This document shows, one piece after another, positions 27,544 through 36,657 of a stretch of DNA of 64,000 bases; position 1 is the first letter of the stretch, and each line of letters opens with the position of its first letter. The DNA comes from an uncultured Ignavibacteriales bacterium. GTDB lineage: Bacteria > Zixibacteria > MSB-5A5 > GN15 > FEB-12. The notes under the pieces were generated by a model. That model made no database searches. It was not told the DNA's origin and worked only from the letters and a program-made list of their open reading frames with translations. A program made the position numbers and the translations under genes. The stretch is from assembly GCA_964627305.1 (NCBI GenBank), contig CAZVHP010000003.1:64927-128926 (forward strand). Direction: 5' to 3'.

Positions 27544-29958
27544 ATGCGGCTATTATCGCTCAAAATCCGCAATTTCCGGGTGTTGAAGACCTTTGCATTC
27601 AGCTTTGGTGAGCAGGTGATCGGTATTGTCGGTCCGAACGGGGCGGGGAAGTCCTCGATCATTGAGGCTATGGCGTGGGTCTTGTGGGGTAATGCGGTGG
27701 CCCGGACGGGCAAGGATGAGATCCGTTCGGTGTTCGCCGGGCCGGATGAGGCCTGTGAGGTTGAGCTGGGGCTGGCGATGCGAGGGGAGGAATATACGAT
27801 ACGTCGTAGTATATCAGCCAAGGGGCAGACCTCGGCTGACATGCGCTGCGGGCAGGCACTGGTGGCCACGGGGGTGCGGGAGACGCAGGAGGCGATTGGC
27901 CGGCTGATCGGGCTGGATTCACGAGGATTTCTGTCCTCGGTGCTGGCGCGTCAGCAGGAGTTGAACGCGCTCTCGGACGTGACGGCCTCGGCGCGCCGGG
28001 AGAAGCTGGCGACCATGCTGGGTGTGGATCGTCTGGATCGGGCCATTTCGCGGCTGAAAGAGGACAATCGGGAGCTTCAGGGCCGGACCGAGCAACTGGC
28101 GGCCATTGTTGGGGGGCGGGAGCAGGTTGAGAAAGACCGGGCGGACCTTGGGCGACAACTCGTCGAGGCCGAGAAGCAGGCGGCGGAGATTCATCAGCAA
28201 CTGGCCGGACAGCGGGAACGCGTGAAGCAGGCAGCCGGGGAACTGGAAAGCTGGCAGGAGAAAAGGGGTCAGTTTGAGGTGTGGACGGTTGAACTTGGGG
28301 GCCGTCGCGAGCAGTTGGCTCAGACGATCCAGAGTATCGAGCGGCTCTCGGAGCGGCTTGGGCGGCTGGCCGCGGCGGCCGAGCGGCTGCCGGAGATGCA
28401 CAGGGAGCTGGCGGCTTATCCGGAGGTTCTCAAGGAACTCAAGCGGCTGGATGAGGCCCTGGCGAACAAGAAGCTGGTCGAGGGGCTGAAAGGGCAGTTG
28501 GCGGACGGCAAGAGAGATATCCTTGCCGCCGAGCAGGAGGCCGGGAAGCTGGCGCAGGAGCGGAATTCGCTGCAGACGCAGTTGTCGGGACTGCCGGCCG
28601 ATCTGGCCGATCAGGTGGCGGTTGTGTCGGCTGAGCGGGAGCGGGCGGGGGAGAAATACTACGCCGAAAAGGCCCGGTGCGATCGTTTGGCGGCCGATCT
28701 GGCGAAGATCACGTCACAACTGCAGCACATGGACCAGTGGGGGCCGGATTCTGTCTGCGACCGCTGCCACCGCCGGCTGGGGGACGATCTGGTGGAGGTG
28801 AGAGGGCATTTCGAGCGGGAGAAGACTGAGATTGCCGGCAGGCTCGAGGTGGCTCGATTGGAGCTTCAGAAGGTGACTGAGTCCGGGACGAGGCTCAAGG
28901 AGCGACGGGACCTGTTGAAGGCGCAGCAGGAGAGCTATGTTAAGTGGAGTAGTCGGTTGCAGGTTATCGAGAGTTCGCTGGGGCAGCAGGAGCAGACCCG
29001 CAAGCGACTGGCAGAGCAGCAGGCGCGGCTTCTGGCCGAGCTGGAGAGGGTGGGCGAAGTGGTGTTCGATATGCCAACATACCAGAAAGTACTGACCGCC
29101 AAGGAGCGGCTGGACGGACTGCAGCGGGAAGCGGACCGTCTGTCAGGAGAGCTGAAGGACCGTCCGGTAGTTGCTGAGGATCTTGAAAAAGCGCGCAAAC
29201 AACAGGAGAATCTGCAAGCAGACATTGCCTCTTTGGGCGGTCGGATTGCCGGGCTGGGGTTTTCGATGGCGGCTTTTGAGGCGGCTCGAGGCAAACTGGA
29301 GACAGAGCAGAGACAGGCCGATCAGCTCAACGGCGAGGCGCAGTCGAGAAAGGACCTGGTGACGCGGCTGACGAGTGACCTGGGCGCCCTGAACCGTAAA
29401 ATGGCGGAAATCGAACTTCTTGCTGAGGATCTGGCGGTGCTTCGGACGGACCGGTACTACGGTGAGAAGCTGGTGAATCTGCTGGCCCAGTTTCGGCAGT
29501 TTCTTGTGTTACGGATTCGGCCGATGCTGGCGGAACTGGCCGGGGACCTTCTGGCGCAGATGACTGATGGTCGGTACACGATGGTGGAACTGGACGAGCA
29601 GTATGAGTTGCGGGTATTCGATGCCGGCGAGTACTACGGGGTGAGCCGTTTTTCGGGAGGGGAGAAGGACCTGGCCAACTTGTGCCTTCGGCTGGCGATT
29701 TCGCAGGCGCTGACGGAGTCGGCGGGGTTGCCGGGGTCGTTCGTCATTCTGGATGAGGTTTTCGGGAGCCAGGATGCCAGCCGGAAGGATTTGATTCTGC
29801 AGGCACTGGCCAGTCTGAAGGGGCGGTTTCCGCAGATCATTCTGGTGACACATATCGAGGATATCAAAGACCGGGTCGAGGAGTTGATTGAGGTAGTGCC
29901 GACCGGTCAGGGTTGGTCGGAGGTGAGGGTAAATGGTCAAGCGATACCGGTTGCCTGA
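27544..29958 (+). CDS. SbcC/Rad50-like SMC-type ATPase with central zinc hook
   Basis: Walker A GPNGAGKSS, ABC signature FSGGEKD and Walker B FVILDEVF. Long coiled-coil with CxxC (CDRC, aa 405-408 of 804, nt 28756-28767) at the exact midpoint. Confidence 0.85.
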   Translation: MRLLSLKIRNFRVLKTFAFSFGEQVIGIVGPNGAGKSSIIEAMAWVLWGNAVARTGKDEIRSVFAGPDEACEVELGLAMRGEEYTIRRSISAKGQTSADMRCGQALVATGVRETQEAIGRLIGLDSRGFLSSVLARQQELNALSDVTASARREKLATMLGVDRLDRAISRLKEDNRELQGRTEQLAAIVGGREQVEKDRADLGRQLVEAEKQAAEIHQQLAGQRERVKQAAGELESWQEKRGQFEVWTVELGGRREQLAQTIQSIERLSERLGRLAAAAERLPEMHRELAAYPEVLKELKRLDEALANKKLVEGLKGQLADGKRDILAAEQEAGKLAQERNSLQTQLSGLPADLADQVAVVSAERERAGEKYYAEKARCDRLAADLAKITSQLQHMDQWGPDSVCDRCHRRLGDDLVEVRGHFEREKTEIAGRLEVARLELQKVTESGTRLKERRDLLKAQQESYVKWSSRLQVIESSLGQQEQTRKRLAEQQARLLAELERVGEVVFDMPTYQKVLTAKERLDGLQREADRLSGELKDRPVVAEDLEKARKQQENLQADIASLGGRIAGLGFSMAAFEAARGKLETEQRQADQLNGEAQSRKDLVTRLTSDLGALNRKMAEIELLAEDLAVLRTDRYYGEKLVNLLAQFRQFLVLRIRPMLAELAGDLLAQMTDGRYTMVELDEQYELRVFDAGEYYGVSRFSGGEKDLANLCLRLAISQALTESAGLPGSFVILDEVFGSQDASRKDLILQALASLKGRFPQIILVTHIEDIKDRVEELIEVVPTGQGWSEVRVNGQAIPVA

Positions 29959-30607
29959 GGCATCCCGGCGGCGGCGCCGGTGGGGCTGGCTGGCCGTGCC
30001 ACTGGTGGTGCTCCTGATTCTGGCCTTCCGACTGGCGGAGGATGTCGGCCACGAAGCAACTGTTACGCAGCGGTTTACGGTGCTCCGCATACTTGACGGG
30101 GACACCTTCGAGCTGGTTGGTGGGGACCGGGTGCGGATGCTTTCGATCGACACGCCGGAGCGGGGCGAGCCTTTGTATGACTCGGCGCGGGCAGTGCTGG
30201 AGCGGCTGGTTATGGGGCAGCCGGTGGGTTTGGAGTATGCCGGTCCGCGACGGGATCGCTATGGCCGGCTGCTGGCTTATGTGTATGTGGACACGGTGCT
30301 GGTCAATGCCACGCTGGTGCGGCAGGGGCTGGCGTATGTGTATCTGTTCGATGATACTGAAATGTCGCGGCCGGAGGTGGGGCGGCTTCTGGAGGCCCAG
30401 AAGGCGGCGGTGTTCGAGCGGGGCGGGCTGCATGGCCTGGCGCGGGTGGGGGAGAGCTACTATGTGGCGGTCAGGGGGGCGTTTCGGTTTCATCGGCCGG
30501 GCTGTTCGAACATATCGAGGACGCCGCCGGAGCGTTTGTTGCGGTTTGAGACTAGGGAGGAGGCGCTGCTTCAGGGGTTGTCGCCGGCACGGAATTGCCG
30601 GCCGTAG
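29933..30607 (+). CDS. membrane-anchored thermonuclease (SNase) family protein with C-terminal Cys-containing tail
   Basis: N-terminal anchor RRRRRWGWLAVPLVVLLILAF. SNase motifs LDGDTFEL and RMLSIDTPE. C-terminal FHRPGC...ARNC. GGAGGTGAGGG RBS. Overlaps the upstream gene by 26 nt. Confidence 0.85.
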   Translation: MVKRYRLPEASRRRRRWGWLAVPLVVLLILAFRLAEDVGHEATVTQRFTVLRILDGDTFELVGGDRVRMLSIDTPERGEPLYDSARAVLERLVMGQPVGLEYAGPRRDRYGRLLAYVYVDTVLVNATLVRQGLAYVYLFDDTEMSRPEVGRLLEAQKAAVFERGGLHGLARVGESYYVAVRGAFRFHRPGCSNISRTPPERLLRFETREEALLQGLSPARNCRP

Positions 30608-30609
30608 TG

Positions 30610-30795
30610 GCGGTGTCGAGACCTCGTTTTGCGATCCCTTTGGGGCAGGCGGGACTCCTGCCGGCCGCGGGTTGGGGGGATGTCGAAACCTCGCTTCGCG
30701 ACCCGCCTTTGGCGGGCAGGGGTTTCGACCTACGTCAGAGGTGACGAAAGGGCAGGGGTTTCGACCTACCTCTCATGAATGATGGGGCACACGGG
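30610..30795. repeat. composite REP/MITE-like palindromic repeat cluster (locus A)
   Basis: Contains GTGTCGA(G/A)ACCTCG(T/C)TT(T/C)GCGA...GGGGCAGGCGGGACTCCTGCC and two GGGCAGGGGTTTCGACCTAC units. GTCGAAACC and GGTTTCGAC are reverse complements. Flanked by the identical 20-mer CGGAATTGCCGGCCGTAGTG at 30590-30609 and 30796-30815. Confidence 0.8.
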
Positions 30796-30876
30796 CGGAA
30801 TTGCCGGCCGTAGTGTAGATGGGCGGGTTTCGGCTGTTGTGTGCGGGGGCTGATTGTGTATACTACTCAGACTATT

Positions 30877-31530
30877 ATGTATAGTGTGTCATCATACGGG
30901 AACTGGCGGTCGGCGGCGGCTGTGCTGCTGGTGGCGCTTTTTGTCTGCTCGGCGGCGTTCGGCGGGGGGCGGGATCTGACCACTCCACCGGCTGACCCCG
31001 ACGAGGCCTATCGGGTACAGATCTGGATTCCGGCAAAGATGAGTACGCGCTGCCGGTTGGCGGTGGAGATTCGCGACGGGCGCAATCAGGTGGTGCGGAA
31101 TCTGGTGGAGGAGTTCATCGGGGCCGGATACTACAACTACTACTGGGATAAGAAGGATGATTCCGGGCACTGGGTGGAGCCGGGGCGTTACCTGGCGGTG
31201 GCGGATATCTGCGGAGAGCGCCGTTACCGGGACCTCCACGCGGAATATGTGGCCGGTGAACGGGAGCTTCGCACCGCCAGCGCGGGCGGCGAGCGGCCGG
31301 ACACGCTGGTGTATGAGGTGATGGCGGATTCGATCCCGGTGGTGATCAATGTGCACGACCTGGGTGGGCAACTGATGGCCGGCAGGGTGGTGGACACGGC
31401 GCTGGCGGCCGGGAGTTACCGGTTGACGTTGCAGCCGGACTGGGTGGTGCCGAAGGTGGAGGCGCGCTATGAACTGCGGCTGGAGGTTCTGGAGTATGTG
31501 CACTATGACACAATCTGGTATCGGCCATAA
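30877..31530 (+). CDS. secreted protein with FlgD-Ig-like beta-sandwich repeats
   Basis: ATG 30877, while the track starts at GTG 30841. Signal AAAVLLVALFVCSAAFG. Pattern VEIRDGRNQVVRNLVEEFIGAGYYNYYWDKKDDSGHWVEPGRY is typical of FlgD_ig-like domains. Confidence 0.6.
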   Translation: MYSVSSYGNWRSAAAVLLVALFVCSAAFGGGRDLTTPPADPDEAYRVQIWIPAKMSTRCRLAVEIRDGRNQVVRNLVEEFIGAGYYNYYWDKKDDSGHWVEPGRYLAVADICGERRYRDLHAEYVAGERELRTASAGGERPDTLVYEVMADSIPVVINVHDLGGQLMAGRVVDTALAAGSYRLTLQPDWVVPKVEARYELRLEVLEYVHYDTIWYRP

Positions 31531-32023
31531 GGGGACGGGGACGTTGTCCCCCAGATTCCTGATAGTATTCCTGATCGCAATGGTGCTGCTCGTGGTGGCT
31601 GTCGGCTGCGGGGGGGACAGGGCGCAGGTAGTGCCGGAGGCGGAGGAGCCGCTGGTGCGTTATGAACTGGCGTGGGTAGACCCGCAGATTGTCATGGGGG
31701 ATACCTTGTTCACGCTGATTCGGGCGGCGCGGGTGGATTCGTTCGTGGTGGCCGGGGAGGATACGGCGGCAGGGGCCGAGGCAACGCCGCTGGTGTTCGA
31801 GGTGACGCCGCCGGGTTGTTTTGTGGCGGTGAATCTGGTGGATGCTTCCGGGCGGGTGTATCTGCCGTTGCTGGCGCGGAATCTGGGGCCGGGGCATTAC
31901 AAGCTGAGTTTGAATCGGAGAAGGCTGACGCCGCCGGCGGGGGGAGCCTCGCCGGTGATGATGAGGGCGCTGGTTTGCGGTCGGGAGAAGACGGTGCTGT
32001 TGAACCCGTTTGTTGGGGGGTAG
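31505..32023 (+). CDS. lipoprotein with FlgD-Ig-like domain
   Basis: Internal ATG 31505. Lipobox LLVVAVGC. Pattern VAVNLVDASGRVYLPLLARNLGPGHYKLSL. Confidence 0.55.
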   Translation: MTQSGIGHKGTGTLSPRFLIVFLIAMVLLVVAVGCGGDRAQVVPEAEEPLVRYELAWVDPQIVMGDTLFTLIRAARVDSFVVAGEDTAAGAEATPLVFEVTPPGCFVAVNLVDASGRVYLPLLARNLGPGHYKLSLNRRRLTPPAGGASPVMMRALVCGREKTVLLNPFVGG

Positions 32024-32190
32024 GGGGGGTGTCGGAAGGGCGGGGGTTTCGACCTACGTCTCATGAATGATGGGGTACCGGGCAGGCCGGGAGGCCTGCC
32101 GCGCACGAGATATCGTATTCACAAGGCAGAGGGGTGTCGAAACCTCGCTTTGCGATCCCTTTGGGGCAGGCGGGGACCTGCCGCGTACGA
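32024..32190. repeat. composite REP/MITE-like palindromic repeat cluster (locus B)
   Basis: GGGCGGGGGTTTCGACCTACGTCTCATGAATGATGGGG (32038-32075), the hairpin GGCAGGCCGGGAGGCCTGCC, and GTGTCGAAACCTCGCTTTGCGATCCCTTTGGGGCAGGCGGGGACCTGCC. Confidence 0.8.
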
Positions 32191-32237
32191 GAATAGAGCT
32201 TTCCGGAGTCTGGTCGGAGATGGATGGGGGAGAGGGC

Positions 32238-32969
32238 CTAATTCAGGTCTACGAGTTTGCGGAGGCGCGCGATTTCCTCGCTGGTCAGCATCCGCCACTG
32301 GCCCGGGCGCAGGCTGCCCACCACGATTCCCCCGAATGAAATTCGCCGAAGCTGAAGCACCGGGTGTCCGACGGCTTTGCACAACTGGCGCACCTCCCGT
32401 TTGCGGCCCTCGGTGAGAGTCAGTTTCAGCAGCGAGTATTTCGGCGTCGCCTCGATGATGTCTACCTGTGCCTTCCCGGTCGCGCCATCCTCGAGCGTGA
32501 TGCCGTCGGCAATCTTCCGGGTGTCGGCCTCGGTGAACCGTCCGGCGACCCGCGCCTCGTAGGTTTTTTCGACCTGCCAGCGCGGGTGGGTGAGGCGATG
32601 CGCCAGTTCGCCGTCATTGGTCAGCAGCAGCGCTCCCTCGGTGTCGTAGTCGAGTCGGCCGACCGGGTAGACCCGTGCGATGACATCCTTCACCAGTTGT
32701 TTCACGGTGGGGCGTTTCTGAGGATCATCGAGCGTGGTCACGACCTCGACCGGTTTGTTGAGCAGCACGTACACGTTGTGGGGGACGGGGCGGACCTGCA
32801 TTCCGTCAACCTCGACGACATCGGCCTCGGCATCGATGCGCATCCCCTGCCGATTGAGGACCTGACCGTTGACCTTGACCCGTCCCTGGTCGATGAGTTC
32901 CTCGGCGGCGCGTCGCGACGCGATGCCGCACTGCGAGAGGTACTTGTTGATGCGAATTGCTTCAGCCAT
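32238..32969 (-). CDS. rluB: rRNA pseudouridine synthase, RsuA/RluB family
   Basis: N-terminal S4 domain (RINKYLSQCGIASRRAAEELI) and catalytic motif GRLDYDTEGALLLTNDG. Confidence 0.85.
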   Translation of the reverse strand: MAEAIRINKYLSQCGIASRRAAEELIDQGRVKVNGQVLNRQGMRIDAEADVVEVDGMQVRPVPHNVYVLLNKPVEVVTTLDDPQKRPTVKQLVKDVIARVYPVGRLDYDTEGALLLTNDGELAHRLTHPRWQVEKTYEARVAGRFTEADTRKIADGITLEDGATGKAQVDIIEATPKYSLLKLTLTEGRKREVRQLCKAVGHPVLQLRRISFGGIVVGSLRPGQWRMLTSEEIARLRKLVDLN

Positions 32970-33007
32970 GATATATCGTGAGTCGAGCCCTCAGGCTCAT
33001 GGGGTCG

Positions 33008-33823
33008 TCAGCGCCCCTCATCCGTAGTATCAAAGTCGACATGAACTTCTCGGGCCGGACGCGCCTGTTCGGCAATGTGCGGCTTGTCGCTGGTATCGGT
33101 CTCGGCGTCGTCGGACATCTGTTCATCATCGGGCATGTTGTCAGTCGTTCGACGGCTCGCGGGATCGAAAGTGCCATCGGCGACATTGAGCTTCCGGCTG
33201 GCCAGATCGGCGGCCAGTTCCAGGGTCAGTTCGGTTTGGTCGGCGCTTTGCTGCGCGACCATTTCCTCGATCTCCGCCATCTTCGGCAGATCGTCCAGGG
33301 AGGCCAGGCCGAAGAACTTCAGGAACTCGTCGGTGGTCCCGTACTGCAGGGGTTTGCCGACTGTCTGAGCGCGTCCTCTGATGGTGATCATCCCTTTTTC
33401 AAGGAGGTTCTGCAGGACGCCATCGGAGGCGACTCCGCGAATGTGCTCGATCTGTGCTTTGGTGACGGGCTGGCGGTAGGCCACGATGGCCAGTGTTTCC
33501 AGGGCTGCCCGGGTCAGCCGCATCTTGCGCCGCCGCGTGAACAGCTCCTCGACATAACCGGTGTACTCCGGCAGGATGTAGAACTGGAAGCCGCCGGCCA
33601 GTTCGCGAATGCGGTACGACGCTCCCCGGTCGGCGTAGTCTTCGTTGAGTTGCGCCACGGCCTTGCCGATACGGCCGGGGGTGAGGTCCTCGAACACCTC
33701 GGCAATCCTGCGTGCGGGCAGCGGTTCCGGTGAACTCAGGATCAGGGCCTCAACGGCGTTGGTGCTTATTTCGTCATTCATTTCGTGCATGGTGCTCATG
33801 TTACATTCGCTCGCCGCCGTCAT
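33008..33823 (-). CDS. scpB: segregation and condensation protein B
   Basis: ScpB-like winged-helix sequence (LETLAIVAYRQPVTKAQIEHIRGV...GKPLQYGTTDEFLKFFGL). ATGA overlap with scpA. Confidence 0.9.
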   Translation of the reverse strand: MTAASECNMSTMHEMNDEISTNAVEALILSSPEPLPARRIAEVFEDLTPGRIGKAVAQLNEDYADRGASYRIRELAGGFQFYILPEYTGYVEELFTRRRKMRLTRAALETLAIVAYRQPVTKAQIEHIRGVASDGVLQNLLEKGMITIRGRAQTVGKPLQYGTTDEFLKFFGLASLDDLPKMAEIEEMVAQQSADQTELTLELAADLASRKLNVADGTFDPASRRTTDNMPDDEQMSDDAETDTSDKPHIAEQARPAREVHVDFDTTDEGR

Positions 33824-34647
33824 GCACTTTGTGCCTGGGGCGTTACGCGGACCGCGGTCACCAGGTCGATCGCCGAGGGGGGCGCGTCGAAACGATTTCC
33901 GCGGTAGACGCGAAGCTTCGCAAAGGGAGTACTTTGTCTTATGGAAACACGGTGTGCCCGCACCAGTTCCAAAAGGGCCACGAAGGTGACGATGGCCACG
34001 ATTTTGCGTGGAACGTCGGCGAACAACTCGGCGAAACTGACGACCTCGTGCCCCCGCAGGTACTCGATGATGTGCGCGATGCGGTCTTCGATCGAGACTT
34101 CTTCGACATGCACCTCATGAATGGCCACCTCGCGCTTTTGTGCCAGTACATCGCGGAATGCCATCAGCAGATCATACAGCGTCGTTGCCGGAGAGACATC
34201 GACTCGGCTGGGCATGTCTTCCAATGGTGAGGGGGGGATATAGCGACGCTGCTCCAGGAGGGCACGCTCGCGGAGCATTTCTCCGGCCTCGCGGTACTTC
34301 TTGTACTCGATCAGGGCCAGCACCAGTTCCTCGCGAGGATCCATTTCCTCTTCTTCGGTCTCGGTGCGCGGCAGCAGCATTCGTGTTTTGATCCGGATCA
34401 GCGTTGCCGCCATCAGGATGAACTCCCCGGCGATTTCCAGGTTCAGCACCTGCATCAGCTCGATATACTTCAGATACTGCCGGGTAATCCGCGCGATGGG
34501 GATATCGTAGATGTCGACTTCTTCTTTGCGGATCAGGTACAGCAGCAGATCCAGCGGCCCATGGAAGACGGCCAGATCGACGCGGTAGTCGCTGCCGTCG
34601 GTCAGTTCGGGGTCGTGTTCGTTCGCATCCGTGTTCATTGATGTCAC
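33820..34647 (-). CDS. scpA: segregation and condensation protein A
   Basis: FHGPLDLLLYLIRKEEVDIYDIPIARIT is the typical ScpA N-terminus. The GTG start overlaps the trpS stop. Confidence 0.9.
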   Translation of the reverse strand: MTSMNTDANEHDPELTDGSDYRVDLAVFHGPLDLLLYLIRKEEVDIYDIPIARITRQYLKYIELMQVLNLEIAGEFILMAATLIRIKTRMLLPRTETEEEEMDPREELVLALIEYKKYREAGEMLRERALLEQRRYIPPSPLEDMPSRVDVSPATTLYDLLMAFRDVLAQKREVAIHEVHVEEVSIEDRIAHIIEYLRGHEVVSFAELFADVPRKIVAIVTFVALLELVRAHRVSIRQSTPFAKLRVYRGNRFDAPPSAIDLVTAVRVTPQAQSA

Positions 34648-35699
34648 TTCTTCTTGTTCTTACCGGCGGTCCGGTAATCGATCTTCATTTTTCGGCGGAC
34701 TTTTTCCATTGTCCGCTGTGCCCGGGCACTCGCCCGGTCCCGTCCGTCCGCCAGCACATCCCAGACATAGTCGGGTTTGGCCAGCAGCTCCGCGCGCTTT
34801 TGGCGCATCGGCGCCAGCGCCGCGTTGAGGTTTGCGACCAGCATCATCTTGCAGTCCACACAGCCCAGTTCGCCCGTTTTGCAGGGCGGGGCGATTTGTT
34901 GGCTGGCGTTCGGCGTGTATATACGGTGAAGCAGGTATACCGGGCACTGTTCCGGTCGACCCGGATCGCCCTTGCGCACTTTTTTCGGATCGGTATAGAA
35001 CTGCTTGATTCGCTTTTCTGTCTGTTTGTCGGTGAACTCGAGCGGGAGGTGGTTGTCGTAGGATTTCGACATCTTGCGGTTGTCTGATCCCTTAATCAGC
35101 GGGATTTCGGTGAACAGCGCCTCCGGCTCCCTGAACGTGTTTCCATAGAGGGCGTTGAAGCGCTGAGCCATGTCCTTGGCCAGCCAGACGTGTTTCTCCT
35201 GATCCTTGCCGACCGGGACGCGGTCGGCGTTGTACAGGCAGATGTCGGCCGCCTGCAGGACCGGGTAGCCGAGGAAGCCGTACGAGTCCAGCTTGTCCTT
35301 CTTTTCCTGGTAGGTTGGCAGCCGCAGCAGGGTCGGCACGGTGATGAGCATGGAGAACAGCAGGTGCAGCTCGGCGTGTTCCTTAACCTCCGACTGCACG
35401 AAGATGGCGCTCTTTTCGGGTTCCATGCCGGCGGCGAGGAAATCGGTCGCCATCTGGAAGATGAGGTTCTTCAGCGGCTTGGTGTCCTCGTAGATGGCCG
35501 TCAGCGAATGCAGATCGACAATGCAGGCGTAGAACTCGTAGTCGTGCTGCAGCCGGACCCAGTTCTTGAGCGCGCCTTCGAGATTCCCGATATGCAGTGC
35601 CCCGGTAGGCTGCATCCCGGAGAGGATTACCGGCTTGCGCGGAGGTTTCTGTTCGCTGCCTGTGTCGGCAATGTTGACGATTGGCTTGTCTTGACTCAT
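34644..35699 (-). CDS. trpS: tryptophan--tRNA ligase
   Basis: HIGH-type motif PTGALHIGN and a KMSKS motif. ATG 35699 is preferred over the ORF-track start at 35777. Confidence 0.95.
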   Translation of the reverse strand: MSQDKPIVNIADTGSEQKPPRKPVILSGMQPTGALHIGNLEGALKNWVRLQHDYEFYACIVDLHSLTAIYEDTKPLKNLIFQMATDFLAAGMEPEKSAIFVQSEVKEHAELHLLFSMLITVPTLLRLPTYQEKKDKLDSYGFLGYPVLQAADICLYNADRVPVGKDQEKHVWLAKDMAQRFNALYGNTFREPEALFTEIPLIKGSDNRKMSKSYDNHLPLEFTDKQTEKRIKQFYTDPKKVRKGDPGRPEQCPVYLLHRIYTPNASQQIAPPCKTGELGCVDCKMMLVANLNAALAPMRQKRAELLAKPDYVWDVLADGRDRASARAQRTMEKVRRKMKIDYRTAGKNKKK

Positions 35700-35880
35700 T
35701 CTATCAGATTCTATCAGACTATCTACCAGACTATTCCCGTTTTTCGTTGTGCCAGTGTAGGCCCAGGACCAACCCAAATCAATTAAAAAGAAGAGGAAAA
35801 ACAGCCCGGCGATAACTCGAGCGGGTTGTGCGGAATTTCGGTGACGCTACCGGTAAGAGAATCGGCCCCTGCCTGTCAGC

Positions 35881-36402
35881 CTACAGCGGGTCCATGAACA
35901 GATACGGCCGCCAGCGATCGGAGATTTTCACATGGCGCTGGATGAAGGTGATATAGCTTGGTCGCACCGGGCGTTTGCGCAGTCTCATGCCGGCCTGTTC
36001 CGGGGTGTGGTCGCCCTTGCGGTTGTTACACTTGGCGCAGGCGCATACGAGGTTTGTCCAGGTATCCTTGCCGCCCATATGCCTGGGGATGACGTGATCG
36101 ACCGTCATCGGTCCTTTGGTGGTGCCGCAATACTGGCAGGCGTGACCGTCGCGAAGCAGGATGTTCTTGCGCGAGAGCATGATTTGTTTGAAGGGGACTT
36201 TTTTGTACTGCCACAACCGCACTACGGAGGGCAGGGCGAAGGCCCGGTTGACGGTGCGGACTTTGAGGCCGTCAGCGGTTTCAACCATCTCGGCCTTGCC
36301 GGAGAACAGCAGGACGATGGCGCGGCGGGCCGAGCAGATCGTCAGGGGTTCGTAGTTCTGATTCAGCATCAGAACGTTGCGGTTGATTAACGATGACGCC
36401 AT
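35881..36402 (-). CDS. HNH endonuclease family protein
   Basis: CQYCG...DHVIPRHMGGKDTWTNLVCACAKCNNRK is the HNH motif with two CxxC pairs. Confidence 0.85.
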   Translation of the reverse strand: MASSLINRNVLMLNQNYEPLTICSARRAIVLLFSGKAEMVETADGLKVRTVNRAFALPSVVRLWQYKKVPFKQIMLSRKNILLRDGHACQYCGTTKGPMTVDHVIPRHMGGKDTWTNLVCACAKCNNRKGDHTPEQAGMRLRKRPVRPSYITFIQRHVKISDRWRPYLFMDPL

Positions 36403-36588
36403 GCAAACCTCTCAAACTTCCGGGCACAGCGCCGGGATGCAGACATACACCCCCGAAGACGGCAGGTATCCGGGGCGCACGCGCCCGCCAAGCAAGTTCT
36501 GAGAAGGTACGAACGGTCCTGGTCAGGTGTCAAATGAATTTTGGGTTTGGCGTGTCACAGGCTTGGTGCGACGGATTTCTCACTGGCC

Positions 36589-36618
36589 AAAAAAGCGGCC
36601 GCTTGTCCCAAAGCGGCC
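36589..36618 (-). terminator. rho-independent terminator of the NtrC-family gene
   Basis: Reverse strand reads GGCCGCTT-tgggac-AAGCGGCC followed by GCTTTTTT. Confidence 0.7.
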
Positions 36619-36657
36619 TCCCTCTCCCTAACAGCACTACGCCCGTCGCGAGCGTTG

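Noticed and set aside
30042-30782. ORFs running through the repeat clusters and ending in GQGFRPTS-type peptides (30042-30782, 31672-32070, 38244-38498, 38272-38478, 32067-32339).
   Set aside because: The recurring peptide is just the translation of the palindromic DNA repeat, which occurs in both orientations. The ORFs lack RBSs and overlap better-supported genes.
30610-30795. Whether the repeat clusters at 30.6, 32.0, 38.3 and 51.4 kb could be small CRISPR arrays.
   Set aside because: The units occur in both orientations and abut each other. There are no regularly sized unique spacers and no cas genes in the window.
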